Shown here piece by piece: positions 56,181 through 64,000 of a stretch of 64,000 nt of DNA (positions are counted from its first letter, which is position 1; every line of letters begins with the position of its first letter). The position numbers and the translations under genes are program-made. This stretch comes from the human T2T-CHM13v2.0 reference genome, Homo sapiens. The notes beneath the pieces were generated by a model. That model saw only the letters and a program-made list of their open reading frames with translations, was not told the DNA's origin and made no database searches. Location: assembly GCF_009914755.1 (NCBI RefSeq), contig NC_060934.1; one strand, written 5' to 3'.

Positions 56181-57289
56181 AATAATTCTTGATCTGTGTA
56201 ATTTTTATGTTCTCCTCTACTCCTTAAGCCTAGTGTTTCACATAGTTGTTCAACAAGTTTTTGAATAAAAGAAAATATTAACTAAAAAAGAGATCTATTA
56301 AATAGTCTCTTTTAAGTTACTATTGTTACTCACTTAAATATTTTTGCCTCAACATTCTTCTCCCATAAACTAAAGTGAAAATATAAAATCAGGCTGATCT
56401 CCCTATTGTTTCAGTCTTTTCTTTTGACTCTTTTCCTCCTACCTGGCCATTTCATGCTCCTGCAATCAGGGGTACTTACTCCCCAGCCCTTGCTTGGGTA
56501 AACAGACACAAGTCTGCTCCTGACAGCCTGCTAGTGTCTTCTCACAGCAAATCCACATACTGGAAAACACCTACTTTTGTCTGTACACAGATATCAGACT
56601 TGATTGGTTGTTTCCTTCAGAGTTAAAATCAGAAAAGTGGTTCAGAAAATTTGACAGTAAAAAAAAAAAAAAACAGGCACACTGTTACTCTAGAATTAAT
56701 TACCATACTGAAAAATTTGCTTTTTTGATGATTGCTCATTATTCTGTTATTTCACAAGTTATCTGACCAACACACATTTATTGTTCCAACAAAACTGAGC
56801 AATCAACTCTGACAGTTTAAAAAAGTTTTTCTGTTAAGTACCAGAAATTCAGCAAAATATGCATTGCTTTTCCCACATGGCAATGACCTCTATAAAACTC
56901 AAAATAGCAATCTTCCATTTTAATGACAACTGAGCTATCTGAAGCATGCACAGTTGATATAAAATTCTGAATTCACAACAGGAAACCAAAGACAAGGGGT
57001 ACAAAAATTTCTGCGATGGAGCAATTCCTTTCAAAAACCAAATAATAGGTGTACCCATTAGGATAATTATAATTTATTGCAAATATTTGCACTAATACAT
57101 TATTTGCAATCTTTCACTTAAAAAGAAGAGGATCAGTAAACTTGTTAAAATATTTTTTGTAAATATGACCCAAGAATTGGAAAGGGCTTCACAAGGAAAT
57201 CATTTAGTATTAAAATTACATTTTATATGTTAGAGGAGGGAAAGGGAAAGGAAAAAATATCACTCATGCTCACAAAACCTGTGAGAGAG

Positions 57290-57655
57290 AACATGTGGTA
57301 GAAGAGCAATGGGAAGTGGAAAAAGATGATTTCAATTCGATGTGGCCACTTTCACTGAGACTTCAGGCAAGTGACTTAAATATTGTGCAATTTGATTTCC
57401 TCAGTATAAAAAAAAGGATTAAAAAGAATGGTCTTACCTACATAACAGTATTATAATAAACAATAAACTCAAAAAATTTATTTAAATACATCAAGGTATT
57501 ATATAAATAGATGGCATCACAGTTTCTCTTCTGAGAATCAGTGAATCTGTACAAACTCACTGTCCCAAGAGAAAACAATACTTTTAATAATCAAAATTAA
57601 AAGAATAACTCTCTATGAAAACTATTTGCCTATTGCTTTTTGAGGAGTCTAATAA
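57290..57655 (+). mobile_element. MIR interrupted by direct-repeat copy 2 (57439-57640)
   Basis: gacttcaggcaagtgacttaa...tttcctcagtataaaa...acctacata|insert|tgagga. Confidence 0.7.
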
Positions 57656-59155
57656 ACCCATATCTTTAGTCAGCCACCTGTGAGGTAATTTTGTTTACAT
57701 CATTTTTTTCTACCTATTTGCAATTCATAGAAAAAAACTGCAATAATGCTTGCAGCATTCTTTTTCTTTATAATTTTTAAATTAATTCACTGCCTAATAT
57801 AGTAAAATCTGAATAAATAATTTGGAAACCATACAAAAGGTAAAATGGCCATATTTGTTTGACTAAATTACCTTTTCTTTTTTATTTGAAAATAGAGGTT
57901 TTTAAATTAAATTATTTGTGTCAAAATATGTTGAAATGTAGTCAGGACAAGATGGTGTATGTGCACTAGTCTCAACCCTAAAGAAGTTCCAGAAGTGAAA
58001 CACTGAGGAAACTTTGGAGCAACAGATGGTGATTTAGATCTTGGTATTGGAAGCAAATGGCAGAAGATAAACGAGGGGCAGTTGCCACAGAACTTTCTAG
58101 CTGTATTATTTTCTTAACTCCACTCTTTGCTGGGTGTGGCTTGTTAACTCCCCCAAAGCCATCTTTGGGCATGAAACACAGCAGTACTCATGCTGCATGA
58201 CCTACAAGAAGATGTGATACCCTAAGGCTAGTTGACACTGGAAGTGAACGCAGCAGCCAGCAAACTAGCAGGTCGTGAGAATTGTCTTTACTCCTTCCCT
58301 TCAGCAAATAGCAGGCCATGCAATTCTAGCAGATAGCTGTGGGATTACCTGGAGAACAGAGGGAGAGATTTAAACCAGATTGCAACACCAACATCTCCTA
58401 GCTGTCTCCTGCTTTACTGTCTGCTCTTTCACCCTCTGCAAACAAACTTATAAGCACAACTACTGCTGACAATCTCTCCTTTCTCCCCAAGTACACCTTA
58501 CTAACATACGATCTGTGAAACACACTAGTGTTTCTTCATTCACTATCTCAAGCCAAGTGAGAAGGACTTTAGAACCACTTAAAGCATTTAAACCCCAGAG
58601 TATGAAGAAAATGTGATTGTTATCAGACTTAGGTTTGAAAAATTCTAAAGTCTGGAGCCTGGTGGGAGGGCCCGCGGAGGCAGAACGAAGAAAGGAAGCT
58701 TTACTGGATGGACTTACACTTCCAGTATTCGATAGGTACAGTTAAATAGTTCCTTCTCAAAAGACAGACTCCAAGGAAGAAATGTAGGCTTTACTGATAA
58801 AAATAAACACAAAACAAAACTTATGTAAGACTTGGAGTTGAGAGGGGAAAGGAGTCAGTGAGGAATGATTGCTGGAAGATTGGAGGAGTGAGGTAAGTAA
58901 CGAGCCAGAAGAGTCTGGACAGCTCAGGGAATTGCAAGTCTCTGAAGAACCCAGGAAAACATCTGACCAGTGAAAATGTATGGATATGCAATGTCGTGCG
59001 ACAGCGTCAATACAGTTGCAACTTCACCAGTCAAGTGAAACTTTTCTACACTTCACCTCTCCTTCTTCCATCTACACTGGACATGCTAGAAGCAGCAAAG
59101 AGAGTAGAACAGAGAAGTAGAAAAACAGGTGGGGAAATAGTAAGAAAAAAAGTAT

Positions 59156-59800
59156 ATTTTATACTCCCTTAATGACTAGGATACATTCTGACAAATGTAT
59201 TCTTAGGCAGTTTCATCATTGTGTGAGCATTATAGAATGTATTTTCACAAACCTAGATGATATAGCCCACTACACACCTAGGCTACATAGTATGGCCTAC
59301 TGCTCCAAGCCTACGAACCTGTACACCATGCTATTATACTGAATACCATAGGCAATTGTAACATAATGGTAAGTGTTTTTGTATCAAAAACTTATATAAA
59401 CATAGAAAAGCTACAGTAAACATACAACATAAAAAATAAAACCATGCACCACTAAAGAGCACTTATCATGAATAGACATTCAGGACTGGAATTTGTTATG
59501 AGTGAGTCAGTGCGTGAATGCAGAGTGAATGTGAAGGTCTATGACATCATTCTACACTACTGTAGACTTTATAAACACTATACAATCAGGCTTCAATAAA
59601 TTTATAAAAAATAATTTTACTTTTTAATAATAAAATAATCAACTTACTGTGACTTTTTAAATTTATAAATTTTTTAATTTTTTAAACTTTCTGACTCTAT
59701 TATAACACTTAGCTTAAAACACAAACATTCCTTACATTATATAGCAATACAAAGATATTTTCTTTCTTTATGTCAATACTCTATAAGCTTTTTTCTATTA
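59156..59800 (-). mobile_element. Tigger3b fragment, interrupted by an L1
   Basis: cttaatgactaggatacattctgacaaatg...acaaacctagatgatatagcccactacacacctagg...cttagcttaaaacacaaaca. Confidence 0.9.
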
Positions 59801-61707
59801 TTTTTTCAACTGTTATTTTAGGTTCAGGGGTTACATGTGCAGGTTTGCTGTATGGGTAAATCACATGTCGCTGAGGTTTGGTATATTCTGTCACCCAGGT
59901 AATTAGCACATTACCCAATAAATAATTTTTGAACCCATGTCCCCAACCTCCCCCATTAAATAGTCCCAGTGTCTATTTTTCCCATCTATGTTTCCATGTG
60001 TACTCAATGTCTAGATCCCACGTATAAGTGAAAACACACAGTATTTGGTTTTCTGTTCTTGCATTAAGTCTCTTAGGGTAGTGGTCTCTAGGTGTATCCA
60101 TAATGTCAGAAAGAACATGATTTCATTCTTTTTTATGGCTGTGTAGTATTCCATGGTGTTCATATACCACATTTTCTTTATCCAGTCTAGGAATGGAGGG
60201 CATCTAGGTTGATTTCATGTCTTTGCTATTGTGAATAGCACTGCAATAAACATAGGAGTCAATGTGCATTTTTGGTAGAACAATTTGTTTTCTTATGATA
60301 TATACCCACTATATATCATAAAGTTTTTGATAGGATATATAGTGGGTCAAATGGTAGTTACTGGGTCAAATGGTAGCTCTGTTTTATGTTTTCTGGTAAA
60401 TCACAAAACTGCTTTCCACAGTTGCTGAACTAATTTACATTCTCTCCAACAGTGTATATGTGTTCCCTTTGCGCCACAACCTCACCAACATCTGTGGTTA
60501 TTTGACTTTTAAATAATAGCCATTCTGACTGGTATGAGATGGTATCTCATTGTGGTTTTGATTTGCATTTCTTTGATGATTAGTAATGATGATAATTTTT
60601 TCATATATTCATTGGCCACATGCATGTCTTCTTTTGAGAAGTGTACGTTCATGTCCTTTGTCCATTTTTTAATGATGTAGTTTCTTGTTTGTTGAGTTGC
60701 TTAAGTTACTCAAGTTTGTGATTTTTTTTCCATTCTGTAGACTGTATGTTTACTCTGTTTATAGTTTCTTTTGTTGTGCAGAAGTTCTTTAGTTTAACTA
60801 GGTTGCACTTGTCAATTTTCGGCTTTGTTACAATTGCTTTGGAGGACTTAGTCATATTCTTTACCAACGCTGATATCCAGAATGTTGTTTACTAGGTGTT
60901 CTTGTAGTGTTTTTGTAGTTTAAGGTCTTACATTTAAATTGTTAATTCATCATGGTTTAATTTTTGTACATGGTGAAAGGTAGGGGTCCAGTTTTATTCT
61001 TCTGCCTATGGCTAGCCAATTATCCCAGTGCCATTTATTGAATAGGTAGTCTTTTCCCCATGGCTTGTTTTTGTCAGACTTGTCAAAGAGCAGATGGTTG
61101 TAAATGTGTGGCTTTATTTCTGAGCTTTCTATTATGTTCCATTGGTCTACATGTCTGTTTTTCTACTAGTACCATGCTGCTTTGGTAACACTTGTCTTGT
61201 AGCATAGTTTGAAGTTGGGTGTTTAATGCCTCCAACTCTGTTCTCTTTGCTGAGGATTGTTTGGTGATTTAGGCTGGTTTTTAGTTCTGTATAAACTTTA
61301 GAACAGTTTTATCTAAGTACCTGTAAAACCGTGTTGGTAGTTTGATAGGAATCTTTAGATTGCCTTGGCCAGTATGGGCATTTGAACAATATTGATTCTT
61401 CCTATCAATGAGCATGGAATGCTTTTCCATTTGTTTGTGTTATCTCTGATTTCTTTCAGCACTGTTTTGTAATTCTCATTGTAGAGATCATTCACCTCCT
61501 TGATTAGATGCATCACGAGGTATTTTGGTTTTTGGTGGCTATTGTAAATGGGATTGCATTCGTGATATGGCTCTCAGTTTGAACATTATTGGTATATAGA
61601 AATGCTACTGATTTTTTATATTGATTTTATATACTGAAACTGTATTGAAGTCATTTATCAGTTCTGCAGCCATTTAGTGAAGTATACTGTTTTCTGGGTA
61701 TAGAATT
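59801..61707 (-). mobile_element. L1PA15/16-like 3' segment (3'UTR plus ORF2 C-terminus)
   Basis: tttaggttcaggggttacatgtgcaggtttg..catgtcgctgaggtttgg; reverse ORF2 running to ttttctgggtatagaat. Confidence 0.9.
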
Positions 61708-61711
61708 GCAG

Positions 61712-64000
61712 TTGGTAGGCAAGATGGCTGACTAGAAACAACCAGAAGTAATATCTGCCACCAAGTGATTAGGACATCAGGAAGACTGGCACACTCCAAG
61801 CAGATCTTCAGAAGGAATGCATTCAGAATGGATGGAGGAAGGATACATACGCTATACTGAAGGGGGAGGAAGCCAGGAATGCTACAAAGGGCTACCACAC
61901 ACCAGGACTCATTTTTGACCCTCATTGACTCCTGGAGAAGGGAGGAGTTAAGCAGCTGGGGAGCAACCCATGGAACTCTAGAATCCTGGCAGCAGGGAAT
62001 ACACAACATCCATTGACACTTGAGCTGGCGGGGAGAGCTGCTAGACAGGTAGTAGGGGCAGGGCTTCAGTCTGTGTAGAGCCCATAGGGTTTGGTGTGGG
62101 AAAGTCTGCAGTGGAGCATGGCCAGGGATGCCCATCTCCCAATGCTCACCATACTCCTTTAGGAGAATTTAGCCTGAGGGGAACTATGAGACCTGAACAG
62201 AGCAGGGCAATCTTGCCTATGAGATGAGGCCAGAGAGATCAGAGTGCCCCCTGAGTCTGCTGGCCTCTCCCTGGTCCCTAGACTGGCAGTGCCTACTTGC
62301 AGTGCAGCCTTGGATGCGTAACTAGGGTGCTACCCAGGGACCAGCATCATAGCTTCTGCACTGGCAAACCATGTCTCATTGTTGGAGGGCACCAGCAGAG
62401 TGATCTCCAACAATGTGCACCAGCCTACCCACACCTTCCCTCCACTACAGCCTTTCCAGCACACACTAACCCATAGCTACCTCTCTCACTGCTTTGCCGG
62501 TGCACACGTGCACAGGAGGACCTTGCTTCTCAACCCCTGTCAATGTGGGTGAGCTTGTGCACCCCACTGTGCCATGCCATTGATGCTGGCCTGAACACAC
62601 CCTGTCCCACCCCTCCGTGATATACTGCCGTTGCTGGAGTCCCCACCCCCAGCCAGTATCACTGCCACACATGTGAATGCATGCATGGAGATGTCCAGCC
62701 CCACGTTCGCCAGTGCCCTGCACCCATGCCTTAACCACCACCAAGGAAAACATGCACATGAACACAAGTGACCCCATGCATCCCATGATATACAGTCACT
62801 GCTGCAAATGTACACATGGAGGGTGACAGTCAGATACCTGCCAAATGCCTGCCAGTGCCCCACCACAGCCAATAAGCATGCACCCTACGGCACTGCCACT
62901 GTTGCTGGCATGTGCAAATGAGTACAGTTACCACTGTCACAGCCCAACTAAGCACTTTGGATGGCACTGCTGAACAGAGTGTGTGGCCAGTGGTCCAAGA
63001 ACATCTCAGCTCCTCTAATGTAACAAACTTCTAACCTTGAAGTGCTAGAGAACAAAGTTGTGGGTCTCATTTCAGTCCCCCAGAGTAGGAATACGCAGCC
63101 CAGGAGTGCTGAGCTGAGCCTTGGTCCCTTAAAGTCTTTCAAAAACATAGCCATTGACTGAACCCATCTTAATCACAAACTCCCAACAACATCAAAGAAG
63201 ATAAAAGGAAAAACAAACAAACAAAAAACATCCAAAGGCAACAACTTCAAAGGTTAAAGGAACATGAGTCCACATAGATGAGAAAATAAACAGTGCAGGA
63301 ACTCTGGCAACTCAAAAAGCCGGAGTGTCTTTTTACATCCAAACAACTGCATCAGTTCCCCAACAAGAGTTCTTAACCAGGCTGAAATATCTGAAATGAC
63401 AAAAATAGTATTCAGAATATGAATAGGAGTAAAGATCATTGAGCTTCAGAATGGCAAAATTCAATTCAAGGATTATAAGGAATACAATAAAACAAAACAG
63501 GAGATGAAAGATCAAATGGCTACTTTTAAAAAGAATCAAACAGATCTGATAGAACTGAAAACTCCCTTCAAGAATTTCAGAATAAAATAACAATTATTAA
63601 CAGTAGAATTGACCAAGCTGAAGAAAGACTCTCAGGGCTGGAGGACTGGTTTTCTGAAATAACTCAGTCAGACAAAAATGAAGAAAAAAAATAAAGAAGA
63701 ATAAACAAAACCTCCAAGAAATATAGGATTATATAAAGAGACCAAATCTATGACTCACTGGCATCCATGAAAGAGAGGTAGAGAATGCAAACAACTTGAA
63801 AAACATATTTCAGGATATCATCCATGAAAATTTCCCCAACCTCGTTAGAGAGGCCAACATTGACATTTAAGAAAAGCAGAGAATGCCAGCAAAATACTAC
63901 ACAAGAAGACCACCCACAAGACACATAGTCATCAGATTCTCCAAAGTCAAAATGAAAGAAAAAGTGTTAAAGGCAGCTAAAGAGAAGGTCATGTCACCTA
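61712..64000 (+). mobile_element. L1PA15/16-like 5'UTR plus disrupted ORF1 (ATG at 63278), running off the window
   Basis: ggcaagatggctgactaga 5' terminus (YY1-like); long GC-richer UTR; ORF1 motifs LQEI.DYIKRPNL, FQDIIHENFPNL.RE, PRHIVIRFSKV. Confidence 0.9.

Noticed and set aside
57940-59120. Possible ancient L1 5' end or Gypsy-like LTR (caagatggtg start)
   Set aside because: Too degenerate to assign from memory; needs an HMM search against Dfam.

Overview
AT-rich, repeat-dominated primate genomic DNA, most likely human or another ape (AluY and L1PA3/L1PA4-type 3' ends are present). It looks like a gene desert or deep intron. I find no supportable protein-coding gene. The ORFs I can assign are L1 ORF1/ORF2, THE1-int, ERVL pol, Alu or hAT transposase debris, and the rest look like chance ORFs. 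About two thirds of the window is recognisable interspersed repeat: L1 of many ages, Alu J/S/Y, MIR/L2, MaLR and ERV LTRs, a deleted HERVL18/HERV-S-like provirus, a full THE1A, two Tigger3b copies and a fragmented Charlie7-like hAT. I cannot support a new multi-gene system. The most interesting signals are mechanistic fossils: (1) a tailless 5'-half tRNA-Ile(TAT) retrocopy with a perfect 16-bp TSD that ends at the pre-tRNA splice site; (2) three L1 twin-priming inversions of about 15 bp, about 60 bp and multi-kb size; (3) several templated-insertion and fold-back scars, one of which built a palindrome with two AP-1 sites; (4) two Tigger3b copies 15 kb apart that share non-consensus variants; (5) a roughly 7-kb nested stack inside one Charlie element. 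Subfamily names come from recalled consensus sequences and need RepeatMasker/Dfam confirmation.
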